Shown here one piece after another: positions 14,361-24,994 of a DNA stretch of 32,000 bases. Positions within the stretch are counted from its first letter, which is position 1; every line of letters starts with the position of its first letter. The notes beneath the pieces are model-generated. The model worked only from the letters and a program-made list of their open reading frames with translations. It searched no databases and had not been told where the DNA came from. Source of the DNA: Moraxella nasovis (GTDB taxonomy: Bacteria > Pseudomonadota > Gammaproteobacteria > Pseudomonadales > Moraxellaceae). The translations under genes were made by a program, and so were the position numbers. The stretch lies in NCBI RefSeq assembly GCF_022701215.1, contig NZ_CP089976.1:1050001-1082000 (forward strand). The letters are read 5' to 3'.

Positions 14361-15513
14361 GCAGTTTGTGGCGTTTGGCACTTGCCATACAAGTCTGATA
14401 CCGCTTATCAACACGAGTGGCGTACCAGTTGGTGTTATAATCTTTGCTCAATTTGGGACCTGAGATGACGACTTGGGGCATGATGGCATAGGTGGGCTGT
14501 TTGTGGTATTTTTGGCTAAATAAGTCGTTTATCGTCTGATAGACGGCGGTTTTTTCAAAGGCTTGGGTTTTTTCTTTTTTTAGGTCGCTTCTGATTTGTC
14601 TTTCGCTGATTGGGCTTTGGGTGGTGGCTAGTAGCTTGATGAGTGCAAGCTCGCTTTGGCTTTTTTGGCTACTAGGACTGCCATCATCATAGATGAGTAG
14701 GTCGCCATCAATGTCAATTTTTTGTTTGCTTAGGCTGGCAATGCGTTGCTGAAAAGCGGCATTACGACTAGAATACATACCAGAGTTATAATCAGCGAAG
14801 CGATATAGTGGCTTATCGTAGTCTGCCTTGTATGTCATTAGGCGATGAATGCCATAGTATAATCCGCCATATTGGCTGTATAAGTCTTCACGCAGTTTGC
14901 GGTCGTTCATGCTTTGACGGCGATGATCGCGAGCATAATTGATATGCACTTGCATAGACCCTAGGGTCGTTACAGGATTAATGCGTTCATCAATGCCTTC
15001 GCCTGTTAGCTTTGCGATATTGGCTAAAGATGCCACATTATAGCTATCAGTAAAGTAGTCGAAGATTTGTTGATATAACAAATCAAGCTCACGCTCGGTC
15101 TTTACCGCCTTAATCTGCTTGATAAAGTTATTATCGGTGGTAGGCTTGGTTTTAAGCATGTTTTTAAAGATGCCTGCTAGGTTTTTGCCAAATTTTTCGG
15201 TAAGCTTATCATCAATGGCAGCCAGCGATACCGCCCCAAGATTGGCAACTTTCGGATCTGCTTGGAAGTTTGACTCTTGGTCGATAACTGCGATTACTGT
15301 GCAGATGTTCGTGGCGTTTTGTTCAATTTTGAGTGTGGCGAAAATATCAGCGATGTCATTAGCCCAGCTTTCACGATTTTGCACTCTTTTTGGGATTAGC
15401 TTAACGAGTTGCTTTTTGGTAAGCTTTGGCTCTGATGAACCTAAGCTGTCAGTACAGCCTGATAAAACAGCTGCCATACCCAGCAATAATACCCAGCTTG
15501 TTTTAGCCATCAT
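14356..15513 (-). CDS. Predicted lipoprotein (possibly DUF1615 family)
   Basis: The signal peptide carries a lipobox (VLLLGMAAVLSGC) and the mature part is about 360 aa and hydrophilic. ATG ATG at 15513/15510 follows GAGG. The family name is from memory, not verified. Confidence 0.6.
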   Translation of the reverse strand: MMAKTSWVLLLGMAAVLSGCTDSLGSSEPKLTKKQLVKLIPKRVQNRESWANDIADIFATLKIEQNATNICTVIAVIDQESNFQADPKVANLGAVSLAAIDDKLTEKFGKNLAGIFKNMLKTKPTTDNNFIKQIKAVKTERELDLLYQQIFDYFTDSYNVASLANIAKLTGEGIDERINPVTTLGSMQVHINYARDHRRQSMNDRKLREDLYSQYGGLYYGIHRLMTYKADYDKPLYRFADYNSGMYSSRNAAFQQRIASLSKQKIDIDGDLLIYDDGSPSSQKSQSELALIKLLATTQSPISERQIRSDLKKEKTQAFEKTAVYQTINDLFSQKYHKQPTYAIMPQVVISGPKLSKDYNTNWYATRVDKRYQTCMASAKRHKLL

Positions 15514-15518
15514 ACACC

Positions 15519-16436
15519 TCAAACAGGCTTACGCAGACGCATTAAGCCTTCTTGCTGAGTGGTGGCGACCAATTTGCCATCTTGCCAAAATTGTCCGTGG
15601 TTAAGACCTTTGGCGTGGCTTGTGGTGTCGCTCCACATCTCATACAGCAGCCAGTCGTTTAGCTTAAATGGACGATGAAAATGCATGGCGTGATCGATAC
15701 TTGCCATCTGAAGACCTTTGGTCATAAAGCTTAGGCCATGACTCATCAATCCTGTGCCCACCAAATAAAAGTCAGATGAAAACGCCAATAAAGCTTGGTG
15801 GACGGCAAGCGGCTGATCTTGTAAATTAGCAATTCTAAGCCAGTTTGCTTGACGTGGCTGAGCTGGCGTGGGCTTGATGGGGTTTTGGGGCGAGATAGGT
15901 TTAATCTCTACATGACGCTGCCGCATAAAGCGTGATTTTAGGGCGTCTGGCACTTGATCTAGATAATCAAGCTTTAATTCTTGTTCGGTTTTTAGGGTGT
16001 CTGGTGTCGGATAATCTGGCATGGTAGTCTGGTAGTCAAGCCCTTCTTCCATCGGTGAGAATGACGCTAACATACTAAAAATAACCTGCTCAACCAACTC
16101 GCCACTGTGTGCATGGGGAATGTACTGAATAGCAGTTACTTCACGAGCAGACAGGCTGCGACCATCTCTTAGCCGACGTACCTGATAGGTTACAGGATAG
16201 CGAATATCACCGCCCCTTAAAAAATATCCATGTAAGGAATGACAAGGTTTGTTCACTTCCAGTGTCTGAGAAGCAGCGATGATGGCTTGAGCTAAGACTT
16301 GACCGCCAAAAATACGTGGCCCAACATAATCGAAACTTTGCCCTACAAAGACGTCTTCATCTGTCTTGGTTAGGGTGATGGTCTTTAGCAGCTGTGCTGT
16401 TAGATTCTCAGAAGATGTGTTCGTCGTGTCTGTCAT
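15519..16436 (-). CDS. tesB: Acyl-CoA thioesterase II
   Basis: About 305 aa with FVGQS...GPRIFGGQVLAQA at the N-terminus and a double hot-dog length typical of TesB. ATG at 16436 (MTDTTN) is the likely start; the track's 5' extension is probably spurious. Confidence 0.82.
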   Translation of the reverse strand: MTDTTNTSSENLTAQLLKTITLTKTDEDVFVGQSFDYVGPRIFGGQVLAQAIIAASQTLEVNKPCHSLHGYFLRGGDIRYPVTYQVRRLRDGRSLSAREVTAIQYIPHAHSGELVEQVIFSMLASFSPMEEGLDYQTTMPDYPTPDTLKTEQELKLDYLDQVPDALKSRFMRQRHVEIKPISPQNPIKPTPAQPRQANWLRIANLQDQPLAVHQALLAFSSDFYLVGTGLMSHGLSFMTKGLQMASIDHAMHFHRPFKLNDWLLYEMWSDTTSHAKGLNHGQFWQDGKLVATTQQEGLMRLRKPV

Positions 16437-16557
16437 AAGTTTTCCAAGTCTTATAAGTAAAAACGATTTAATAAAACACATCAAGTATAACATTTTTTTT
16501 ACCATTTAAAGACAAAAATGGTAAAATGAAAGCTACTATTTTGAAAAATTGATCATC

Positions 16558-19137
16558 ATGTTAAATGCTTACAAGAAAAAACTAGCAACAGTTTTTGGTA
16601 AAAATAAGACCCAGCAGCCAGAGTCTGAACAGACTTTAACCGATTCTTATCGTAAGGCATCGGTGCAGGGCTTGTCATTTGTCGTAAAACCTACCGTGCT
16701 TGGCGATGTGCCACAGATTGATGAGAATCGCCCAACCTTTTATGTGATTGACGTCTATTCACGTTCTAATAGTTTATTGGTTGGTATGATGACAGATGAG
16801 CTGGGATTGCCATCGGCATTATCCATGGTTCAGTCTGAAAAGTTGCCTAGTGCTGAGACATCGGCGATGATTTTTTTGAAGGACAGGCGTAATAAACGCC
16901 CTGCCAGTGCTAAGTCTGCCCCCCGCCTAGATCGATTGGTGCAGGCGTGTCTAAATAATGAGCAATTAGATATTAATCTTGTGCCTGTTACAATACTATG
17001 GGGTCGGGCACCAGACAAGGAAGATTCACTGTTTAAGCTGTTAATGACGGACGAGTGGAGATCGCCTGGCATCTCAAAGCAGCTATTTAACATCAGCGTG
17101 ATGGGGCGAAACACCTTTATTCAGTTTGGCAAGTGTGAGTCGCTAAGTTCGCTGGTCAGTGCGTATCATGAAGGCTCTGCATCTGATACCACCCAGAAAG
17201 TAAGCGATTATTTACAAAGTATTTTGGATAATCAGCGAACCAGTATTGTTGGTCCAGATTTATCAGATAAGCGTAATATTACTGGTAAGATTCTAGCGTC
17301 TGCCACCGTCCAAGAAGCGATTGATAAAGAAGCCATTAGAATCAATAAACCAATCGCAGAAATTAAAAAACAAGCAGCAGGCTATCTTAGTGAGATTACG
17401 AGTGACTATTCGCATTCTTTGGTGCGGTTTTTTGAGCGTTTTTTAAACCGATTATGGACAAAGTTATATGATGGCGTAGAAGTGCGTCATTTTGAGCGAG
17501 TGCGTAAGCTTGCCACCGATTATCAGATTGTTTATGTGCCTTGCCACCGCAGTCATATCGACTATTTGCTATTATCATACATCATTTATAGAAATGGCCT
17601 AAGAGTGCCACATGTCGCTGCTGGAGAAAATTTAAATATTCCTATCGTGGGTGAGATTTTACGCAGTGGTGGTGCGTTCTTTATGAGACGCAGTTTCCGT
17701 GGTAACGAGCTTTATAGCACAGTCTTTAAAGAGTATGTACATACATTAATGCAGCGAGCTGTGCCTATCGAGTACTTCATTGAAGGTGGGCGTTCTCGCT
17801 CTGGACGATTATTGCCGCCTAAGCTTGGTATGCTTGCCATGACGGTCAATAGCTATCTTAGAGAGCCTGCCAAGCCTGTGGCATTTATTCCGACATATAT
17901 CAGCTATGAACGCATCATGGAAGGGGCAACTTATGTTGGTGAGCTTAAGGGTAAGCCAAAGCAAAGCGAAAACCTACTTGGTTTGATTAAGACCACTCAG
18001 AAAATTGAGCGTATCTTTGGTACGGTGCATTTGTCGTTTGGTGAGCCGCTGTATTTGACAGATTTTATGCAAAAATTTGATGTAGTGATTGATGATGAAG
18101 CGACCGAATGTCAAGATGCCAAGCGATATGCGATGATTAATAACATCGGCGTTAAAATCATGCAAAACATCAACAAGGCTGCCGTAGTCAATCCTGTGTC
18201 ACTACTTGCCTTGGTACTGCTATCTACGCCAAAGTCTGCCTTAGCTGAAGACCAATGCCTTGAACAAATCGCCCTTTATCAGCGTATCGCCATAAATCTG
18301 CCTTATGATGTGGATACACACATTACAACGATGACGCCACGCCAAATACTAAATTATGGCATTCGTTTAAAGCTGATTGATCGCACGCCGCACTTACTTG
18401 GTGATATGATTCGAGTGGCGGATAAACAAGCCCCGCTACTGAGTTATTTTAAAAATAATATCTTACACGTGTTTATCTTGGCAAGCTTTATAGGCTCGCT
18501 TGTGCAAAGAAACAGTCGCATTCATCAAGATGAGCTTGATGATGTGGTACAGTTATTATACCCATTCTTGCAGGCTGAATTGTTCTTAAAAACCGCTTTA
18601 CGTAATGTGCCTAAGCTTGTTAATCAGGTGCTGACGCTATTGATTGACGAGGGTGTCGTAGTGGATCTGGGTGGCGGTATTGTGGGAGCACCTGAGGGTA
18701 ACTCAGCGGCATACCAAAAACTCATCGTACTAGCAAGCCCTGCTCAGCAGAGTCTTGAGCGGTATGTGATGGCATTAGCCCTACTTGCCAAGCAAGGCTC
18801 AGGCAAGCTGACCGCAGAGCAGACGGTAAATCTGTGCTATGTATTAGGTCAGCGGGTGTCGGTGCTGTACTCAGACGATTTGCCAGATATGTTTGATAAG
18901 GCGTTATTTACCAGTTTTATTGATACCCTAAGACGTCTAGGCTATGTATGGCAAGTTGATGGTGAGCCTGAACTTCATTTTGATGAACGTATTGACGAGA
19001 TAGAAAAACATGCGTCATTTGTGCTAGATGCAGACATGATGCAGCTGCTTGCTCATGTAGCAAGTCTAAATACCGATGAGATTGACCTTGTTATCACGCA
19101 GATGAATAAAAAACGCAAGTTTGGTATCAAAAAATAA
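16558..19137 (+). CDS. plsB: Glycerol-3-phosphate acyltransferase
   Basis: About 860 aa with the H(X)4D acyltransferase motif VPCHRSHIDYLLLS, plus FFMRRSF and IEGGRSRSGRLL blocks typical of PlsB. Confidence 0.92.
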   Translation: MLNAYKKKLATVFGKNKTQQPESEQTLTDSYRKASVQGLSFVVKPTVLGDVPQIDENRPTFYVIDVYSRSNSLLVGMMTDELGLPSALSMVQSEKLPSAETSAMIFLKDRRNKRPASAKSAPRLDRLVQACLNNEQLDINLVPVTILWGRAPDKEDSLFKLLMTDEWRSPGISKQLFNISVMGRNTFIQFGKCESLSSLVSAYHEGSASDTTQKVSDYLQSILDNQRTSIVGPDLSDKRNITGKILASATVQEAIDKEAIRINKPIAEIKKQAAGYLSEITSDYSHSLVRFFERFLNRLWTKLYDGVEVRHFERVRKLATDYQIVYVPCHRSHIDYLLLSYIIYRNGLRVPHVAAGENLNIPIVGEILRSGGAFFMRRSFRGNELYSTVFKEYVHTLMQRAVPIEYFIEGGRSRSGRLLPPKLGMLAMTVNSYLREPAKPVAFIPTYISYERIMEGATYVGELKGKPKQSENLLGLIKTTQKIERIFGTVHLSFGEPLYLTDFMQKFDVVIDDEATECQDAKRYAMINNIGVKIMQNINKAAVVNPVSLLALVLLSTPKSALAEDQCLEQIALYQRIAINLPYDVDTHITTMTPRQILNYGIRLKLIDRTPHLLGDMIRVADKQAPLLSYFKNNILHVFILASFIGSLVQRNSRIHQDELDDVVQLLYPFLQAELFLKTALRNVPKLVNQVLTLLIDEGVVVDLGGGIVGAPEGNSAAYQKLIVLASPAQQSLERYVMALALLAKQGSGKLTAEQTVNLCYVLGQRVSVLYSDDLPDMFDKALFTSFIDTLRRLGYVWQVDGEPELHFDERIDEIEKHASFVLDADMMQLLAHVASLNTDEIDLVITQMNKKRKFGIKK

Positions 19138-19140
19138 CAA

Positions 19141-19165
19141 AAAAGCACGCTTTTGGTGTGCTTTT
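19141..19165. terminator. Bidirectional terminator between convergent plsB and pdxH
   Basis: AAAAGCAC - 9-nt loop - GTGCTTTT. Confidence 0.6.
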
Positions 19166-19191
19166 ATGATAGTTAATAAAGTGTGCTTGCT

Positions 19192-19824
19192 TTATGGAGC
19201 AAGCCTTTCTTTAACCCATTCGTTATTATCTAGACGATAACGAATGCGATCATGCAGACGGCTTGGCCTGCCTTGCCAAAACTCAATTGTTTTAGGATGA
19301 ATCAGATACCCGCCCCAGTGTGGTGGACGTGGCACATGCAAAGGGTGCTTTATGCCAAACTTCGCTGCACGTGTGACGATAACTGACTTATCGCTAATCA
19401 CAGTGCTTTGTTCGCTTGCCCAAGCACCGATACGACTGGTGTAGGGTCGTGAGTTAAAGTAGTCATCACTTGCAGCGTCATTAAGCAATGTTACTGTGCC
19501 TTCGATACGCACTTGACGTTCAAGTTCTGCCCAAAAAAAGGTCAGTGCAGCAAAGGGGTTTATTTGTAATGCTTGACCTTTGGTGCTGTGATGGTTGCTA
19601 AAAAACACAAAACCTTCATCATTTACTTCCTTTAGTAGCACCATACGAGCCGATGGGCGGCCATCTGCTCCCACCGTGGCGATATTCATGGCGGTAGGCT
19701 CATTCACTTTTGCATCGATGGCTGCATCAAGCCACACTTTAAACTGCTCTATGGGATTGGCATGGCAGTCGCTTTTTGACAGGGCTTTTTTGCTGTATTC
19801 TTCTCGGATATCGTGTAAGTTCAT
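19192..19824 (-). CDS. pdxH: Pyridoxamine/pyridoxine 5'-phosphate oxidase
   Basis: 210 aa with [23 protein letters not shown] and a C-terminal LAP, typical of PdxH. Confidence 0.92.
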   Translation of the reverse strand: MNLHDIREEYSKKALSKSDCHANPIEQFKVWLDAAIDAKVNEPTAMNIATVGADGRPSARMVLLKEVNDEGFVFFSNHHSTKGQALQINPFAALTFFWAELERQVRIEGTVTLLNDAASDDYFNSRPYTSRIGAWASEQSTVISDKSVIVTRAAKFGIKHPLHVPRPPHWGGYLIHPKTIEFWQGRPSRLHDRIRYRLDNNEWVKERLAP

Positions 19825-20084
19825 GATATTTCTTCAGATTGTTTAGATTTAAAGCGGACAATGCCAACGTTGTCATTAGCATAGCCGTTATTTTCTCGCA
19901 TTTGCTTAGCGTCATCAAGCGTCGGACGACGTTCGGTATGTCCACACTGAGTGCATTCAATGTATTCATCTGGCTTAGGGATAAAGATTTCTACTTGCAC
20001 GATGGCATCATAGGCTTTGCACTTTGGGCAAGAGACGCTAGATAAGAAGCGGCGTTTTGGTCGGTTTGACTGGTAACGCATCAT
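19821..20084 (-). CDS. YheV-like small zinc-ribbon protein
   Basis: 87 aa with two CxxC pairs (CPKCKA ... CTQCGH). ATGA overlaps link it to both prlC upstream and pdxH downstream. Confidence 0.55.
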   Translation of the reverse strand: MMRYQSNRPKRRFLSSVSCPKCKAYDAIVQVEIFIPKPDEYIECTQCGHTERRPTLDDAKQMRENNGYANDNVGIVRFKSKQSEEIS

Positions 20085-22192
20085 AAGTCCTCAAAGCCAT
20101 TATGACGGAGCAGTGCATCAATCGTCGCTTGTCGCCCTGCAAAGTCGTAAAAATTTTCCTTAGCAGTGCGTGACCCACCTTTTTGGAGAATAGCGCGCTT
20201 AAAGCGATTACCAATGGTGGGGTTAATAACACTGCCAAAGTCGTTTTTGGCTTCTTCAAATATGCCAAACGCATCAGCAGATAACAGCTCTGCCCATTTA
20301 TAAGAATAGTAGCCTGCTGCATAATCACCTGCAAAGATATGGCTAAAACTGTTGGCAAAACGTCCATCACGGGGTGGGCGAATGACGGCTACTTCATCAC
20401 GCACCTGCTCTAATGTGGCTAAAATCTCATCAAAAGTGGTAATGGCATCTGCATGAATGCGTAAGTCAAATAACGCAAACTCAATTTGACGTAAGGTCTG
20501 TAACGCAGATTGGAAGTTTTTGGCGGCAAGCATCGCTTCTAATTTGTCATCAGGCAGTGGCTTGCCAGTCTCCACATGACGGCTAATTTTGGCGATGCCT
20601 GCTTTATCCCACGCAAAATTCTCCATAAACTGACTCGGTAGCTCAACTGCGTCCCACTCCACGCCACTAATGCCAGAGACATCAGCGATATTTACTTGGG
20701 TGAGCAGGTGATGCAAGGCATGACCAAATTCATGAAATAAGGTCAGCACTTCATCATGTGTCAGTAGGCTTGGCTTACCGTCCACCGCAGGCGAGAAATT
20801 CCCCACCACAAAGCCCACAGGTAAAATTTGTGTGCCGTCCAAGCGTTGGTGGCGATTTTGAAAATCATCTAGCCAAGCACCGCCTGATTTGCCTCTACGT
20901 GCATATAGGTCGATATACACGCCGCCAATCAAGTCGTCTTTGTCATGCACTTCATAAAATTGTGCGTCTTGATGCCAAACAGGGGCATCTTTTGCGACAA
21001 ATTGCACGCCAAATAATTCATGGATAATCTTGAACATACCGTCCAATACCACAGGCACAGGAAAATAAGGGCGAATCGCTTCACTGTCTAGGCTGTACTT
21101 GGCATTTTGTAGTTTTTCGCTGATGAATGGCACATCCCAAGGCTGTACGTCATAAATGCCAAGCGTTTTGCCAAATTCACGCACCTCATCTAAGTCCTTA
21201 AGGGCAAATGGGCGAGCCTTATTGGCAAGATTTAATAAAAACGCTTCAACTTCATCACAGCTGTCTGCCATCTTGGTGGCAAGCGATACTTCGGTATAAT
21301 CCTTAAAACCAAGTAATTTCGCCTGCTGGGTGCGTAACGTGAGTATGCGTGCCATGATGTCTGAATTGTCAAACTTGGTTGGCACGCCGTCTTTTTCGCC
21401 ATCAAAAGTCGCTTGGTCAGACGCACGAGTATTATAGGCGTGATAGAGCGTTTCACGCAGATGGCGGTCGGTGGCGTACTGCATGACCGCCAAATACATC
21501 GGCACGTCCAAGGTCGCCACATAGTCGGTCGGCAGGGCAGTGTTTGGGTGCTTTTGGCGATAGGCATCACCTGCCGATTTTAGCAGAGCAAGACCGCTTG
21601 GTGGTATGCCATCAAGCTGCTCTTTGGTGAGTGGCAGGGCAAAAGCTGCCGTGCTATCTAAGATGTTATCGGAGAATTCGGCAGACAGTAGTGATAGGTG
21701 GTTTACGATATCTGCAAACTGGGTTTTTTTAGCGTCAGGCAAATGAATGCCCGAGAGCCAAAAGTTTTGTAAGGAAAGCTTAGTTGCTCGAATGCGAGCC
21801 AAGTCATCGCTATCTTGTAGCTCTTTAAGTAGCATCTCATAGATGTCAATAAGTGCAGCAGACTGACCGATACGCACCTTAAAGGCACTGATTTTTGGTA
21901 AGATGTCAAGATAGGCACGGCGAATATCATCAGAGCTTACCACGCTGTTTAGGTGACTTAGCACGCCAAAGGGACGATAAACAGCAAGCGATAAGTCATC
22001 CATCGTCGAAACGATATGCTGCGGTGATGATGAAATTTTATCACCTTGGCTTTGTATGTCGTCTAGGTAGGCATAAGCGTCATCTAAGGCGGCTAAGATG
22101 GCATTTGTTAGAATGTCTGGCGTAACCTTATCAAAGTCGATTAAGTGCAGGCGTGAATCTAAGTTGTTATTTTTAAGTGTTAAGGCGTCCAT
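20081..22192 (-). CDS. prlC: Oligopeptidase A (M3 zinc metallopeptidase)
   Basis: About 700 aa with the HEFGHALHH zincin motif and M3-family length. ATG at 22192 (MDALTLKNN) follows GAGAGGAAAAA. Confidence 0.92.
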   Translation of the reverse strand: MDALTLKNNNLDSRLHLIDFDKVTPDILTNAILAALDDAYAYLDDIQSQGDKISSSPQHIVSTMDDLSLAVYRPFGVLSHLNSVVSSDDIRRAYLDILPKISAFKVRIGQSAALIDIYEMLLKELQDSDDLARIRATKLSLQNFWLSGIHLPDAKKTQFADIVNHLSLLSAEFSDNILDSTAAFALPLTKEQLDGIPPSGLALLKSAGDAYRQKHPNTALPTDYVATLDVPMYLAVMQYATDRHLRETLYHAYNTRASDQATFDGEKDGVPTKFDNSDIMARILTLRTQQAKLLGFKDYTEVSLATKMADSCDEVEAFLLNLANKARPFALKDLDEVREFGKTLGIYDVQPWDVPFISEKLQNAKYSLDSEAIRPYFPVPVVLDGMFKIIHELFGVQFVAKDAPVWHQDAQFYEVHDKDDLIGGVYIDLYARRGKSGGAWLDDFQNRHQRLDGTQILPVGFVVGNFSPAVDGKPSLLTHDEVLTLFHEFGHALHHLLTQVNIADVSGISGVEWDAVELPSQFMENFAWDKAGIAKISRHVETGKPLPDDKLEAMLAAKNFQSALQTLRQIEFALFDLRIHADAITTFDEILATLEQVRDEVAVIRPPRDGRFANSFSHIFAGDYAAGYYSYKWAELLSADAFGIFEEAKNDFGSVINPTIGNRFKRAILQKGGSRTAKENFYDFAGRQATIDALLRHNGFEDL

Positions 22193-22380
22193 AAATATTT
22201 TTCCTCTCATGAATGGTGATAATGAGCTTGCACGAATGTATCGCAAGGCTTTTATAAAGTGGTGCATTCTGCTTTAATTTTACCACATTTTTATGATGAT
22301 GGCATTTGGGAATATAAGCAAGTGATAGATGATTTTACAATGCCAAGCATTTAGTTTATGATAATGGTTTTGGGTAATTC

Positions 22381-23130
22381 ATGAATACCATCACTGTTGT
22401 CAGCTATAACATTCATAAAGGAATGTCGCCCTTAAATCGCATATTAAACCTAGATGGCATGGCACAAGCACTTGCTAGGCTATCGCCTGATATTTTATGC
22501 TTGCAAGAAGTGCAAGGGCGTAATCTAAAGCGACTGGCAAGTCTTAAGGGCTATCCATCTTATTCTCAGCATGAGTGGTTTGGTGAGTATCTGTCACTGT
22601 CTGCAAGCTACGGCAAAAACTGCAGCTATGAGCATGGACATCATGGCAATGCCACGCTTTCACCCCATCTGCTTGACCCTAAGCATAATGTGAATATTAC
22701 GGTCAATCGTCTTGAGAAAAGGGGTGTGTTACACTGCGAGATTCACCCAGCAGGTTGGGATAGACCGATAGTTGTGCTAAATGCTCATCTAAATCTGCTA
22801 CACGCCGATAGAGTAAGACAGTACCATGCCATCATAGACTATATTCGCCATAAGCTTGACCCAAAAGCACCGCTGATTTTGGCAGGGGATTTTAATGATT
22901 GGTCAAAAAAGTCAGCTAGTATCTTAGAACCGCTTGGGCTTATTGAAGTATTTGGGCAGATTTATGGCGATAGCCTGCCTACCTTTCCTGCGGTGCGTCC
23001 CTTTTTGGCGTTAGACCGTATTTATGTAAAAAACCTAAGCATACACCAAGCAACCGTACACACAGGCACACCTTGGGCAAGCTTATCTGATCATTTGCCA
23101 ATCAGTGCCAAGCTTGGGCTTGTGGCGTGA
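22381..23130 (+). CDS. Endonuclease/exonuclease/phosphatase (EEP) family protein
   Basis: Contains YNIHKG, LCLQEV, GDFND and SDHLPI motifs in the canonical EEP order. Confidence 0.75.
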   Translation: MNTITVVSYNIHKGMSPLNRILNLDGMAQALARLSPDILCLQEVQGRNLKRLASLKGYPSYSQHEWFGEYLSLSASYGKNCSYEHGHHGNATLSPHLLDPKHNVNITVNRLEKRGVLHCEIHPAGWDRPIVVLNAHLNLLHADRVRQYHAIIDYIRHKLDPKAPLILAGDFNDWSKKSASILEPLGLIEVFGQIYGDSLPTFPAVRPFLALDRIYVKNLSIHQATVHTGTPWASLSDHLPISAKLGLVA

Positions 23131-23187
23131 TTTTAGGATTACTGGTTTAAGATTTTTTAAATAATTATTCGGATAAACTTAACCACC

Positions 23188-24627
23188 ATGAAAAAATTTG
23201 TTCACGCCAGTATCAAAGTACTGCTTTTTATCATCGCCATCACACTCATCATTATCGCACTTGGCTATGGTCGTATGTTATTAAGCGAGACCACCCAAGG
23301 CGATGTTGCATGGCGTTCTTGTTATCGTCCGACTTATTGGTCGTGGTTTAGCATACCGCCATCACCACAGTTACAATGTGCTAATATTGACGTACCGCTC
23401 AATGATACGTCCAATCAGACCATCACCCTTGCCTTAACACGCCTGCCATCAACGCATGAACACGCCAAAGAGCTACTGCTCATCAATGGCGGACCGGGTG
23501 GGCATAGTCTAGACATGGCAGACTGGCTGTCTGATGATGAATACACACAAGCCCTAAAAGACAATTTTCATATACTAGGCATCGCCCAACGTGGGGTCAG
23601 ACCATCAACCGCCATGAACTGTGGCAACCTTACAGAAGAAGAGGGTGCCAAAGCCTATGTAGATGCGTGCATTAAGCATTCAGGGCTTGATTTTATCAAA
23701 TCCATAGATACCCTAAGTGCTGTCAAAGACCTTGATTTTATCCGCCACAAGCTTAATATTGACACTTGGTCCATGCTTGGCTACTCCTACGGCACTAAGG
23801 TGGTGGCGTTGTATGCACAGGCTTATCCCAAAAGACTAAGAGCAGGCGTATTAGATGCGGTGGTTGATACCAAAGAAGACCTATTTACGATGTGGGCAAA
23901 TCAGCAATCACAAGCACAGTTTGCTTTTGACCGATTTATCGTCCATTGTCAGCAAGATGAACGTTGTATTTTTGCCAAATCCGATGACCAAAATCGCAAG
24001 TTTTTGACGACACTTCATGAATTATCCGCCCAAAAGTTCACCGACAAAAATAATGACGCCATCAATGAGCGTACGCTACTTGCATTGTTTGAAGATAACT
24101 TGGGCGAACCTATGATGTGGCGTGAGCTTAATGAGATGTTTGATGAGCTCAAACAAGGCAAAACCGACAAATACAACGAATTATTATTCATCAAAGAATT
24201 TGGCGAAAAAGATTTCACCCAAGACGCTTTTATCGCCATCAACTGTGCCGATTCTGCCCCAAAAGTGCGTCAAGATTATCTGGATAAATCACGCCACGTG
24301 GATAAAATCGCCACCTATAATGACATCAAACAAACGACAGATGAACTGCTTGACGCTTGTTATTATTGGCCCTTTGATGGTACGGACGATTTGACGATGC
24401 AGGCGGTGGCAGATGTACCGACCTTGCTATTTGTCGCCCAAAAGCACGATTTGGCCACGCCCTTTCATAACGCCAAAAACATGGCGGCTCGTTTTCGTGG
24501 ACATCTCATCTACACCCCAAACTTCGGACATACCATAAGCTTGTCCGCCATGAATGCGTGTATTGACCAAGCGGTGGTGGATTATTTGGTGGCATTAAAA
24601 AAGCCTGACAGGATGATGTGTGAGTAA
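23188..24627 (+). CDS. Membrane-anchored/secreted alpha/beta hydrolase (S33 aminopeptidase-like)
   Basis: Has an N-terminal TM/signal segment, INGGPGGHS, the nucleophile elbow GYSYGT, and a C-terminal FGH. Confidence 0.7.
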   Translation: MKKFVHASIKVLLFIIAITLIIIALGYGRMLLSETTQGDVAWRSCYRPTYWSWFSIPPSPQLQCANIDVPLNDTSNQTITLALTRLPSTHEHAKELLLINGGPGGHSLDMADWLSDDEYTQALKDNFHILGIAQRGVRPSTAMNCGNLTEEEGAKAYVDACIKHSGLDFIKSIDTLSAVKDLDFIRHKLNIDTWSMLGYSYGTKVVALYAQAYPKRLRAGVLDAVVDTKEDLFTMWANQQSQAQFAFDRFIVHCQQDERCIFAKSDDQNRKFLTTLHELSAQKFTDKNNDAINERTLLALFEDNLGEPMMWRELNEMFDELKQGKTDKYNELLFIKEFGEKDFTQDAFIAINCADSAPKVRQDYLDKSRHVDKIATYNDIKQTTDELLDACYYWPFDGTDDLTMQAVADVPTLLFVAQKHDLATPFHNAKNMAARFRGHLIYTPNFGHTISLSAMNACIDQAVVDYLVALKKPDRMMCE

Positions 24628-24785
24628 CCGCCTTTTTATTTGGTTTTATTATGCCATTTTACTCATATATCATAAAAACACGCCATAAGCCAAGCCAGCA
24701 GACCGGCATACATGATTATCTTTGAATGAATTGTAGCAACTGATGGATTAAAGTTAAATCCTATACCAGTTTTTAATATTTTAAG

Positions 24786-24808
24786 TTAATTAAGCTTAGC
24801 TTAATTAA
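24786..24808. repeat. Inverted repeat TTAATTAAGC-TTA-GCTTAATTAA
   Basis: 10-bp perfect arms read directly. It lies just 5' of the strong terminator hairpin. Confidence 0.6.
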
Positions 24809-24811
24809 AAC

Positions 24812-24848
24812 AAAACTTTCATCTTTAATAAAAAGATGAAAGTTTTTT
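24812..24848. terminator. Strong bidirectional rho-independent terminator in the hydrolase/glmS convergent spacer
   Basis: AAAACTTTCATCTTT-AATAA-AAAGATGAAAGTTTT forms a 15-bp perfect stem. A further TT follows on the plus strand, and the A-run on the other side gives a T-tail on the minus strand. Confidence 0.75.
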
Positions 24849-24994
24849 ATCGGTGTTATTATATTTTTAAGGATACGCTTGACTTAAAAGACTAAATATA
24901 GCCATTTATCACCTGTGCTGCATCCACGTTTATCTTTTGACGTTGTCAAAATAACGCTCGTTAAGCTCTATCTTGCCGATTTAATAAAAGGCGA

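Noticed and set aside
15119-15604. 161-aa ORF on the plus strand
   Set aside because: It is antisense to the lipoprotein gene and the tesB 3' end, with no RBS or motif. The coding genes on the opposite strand explain the open frame.
16437-16505. 5' extensions of track ORFs (tesB to 16505, prlC to 22267, PP2C to 12008, middle gene to 12544, DUF1399 gene to 9426, exporter to 9802)
   Set aside because: These extensions begin at TTG/GTG codons translated as M by the track. They lack RBSs and overlap upstream genes, hairpins or terminators. Internal ATGs with good Shine-Dalgarno spacing give N-termini that match the families.
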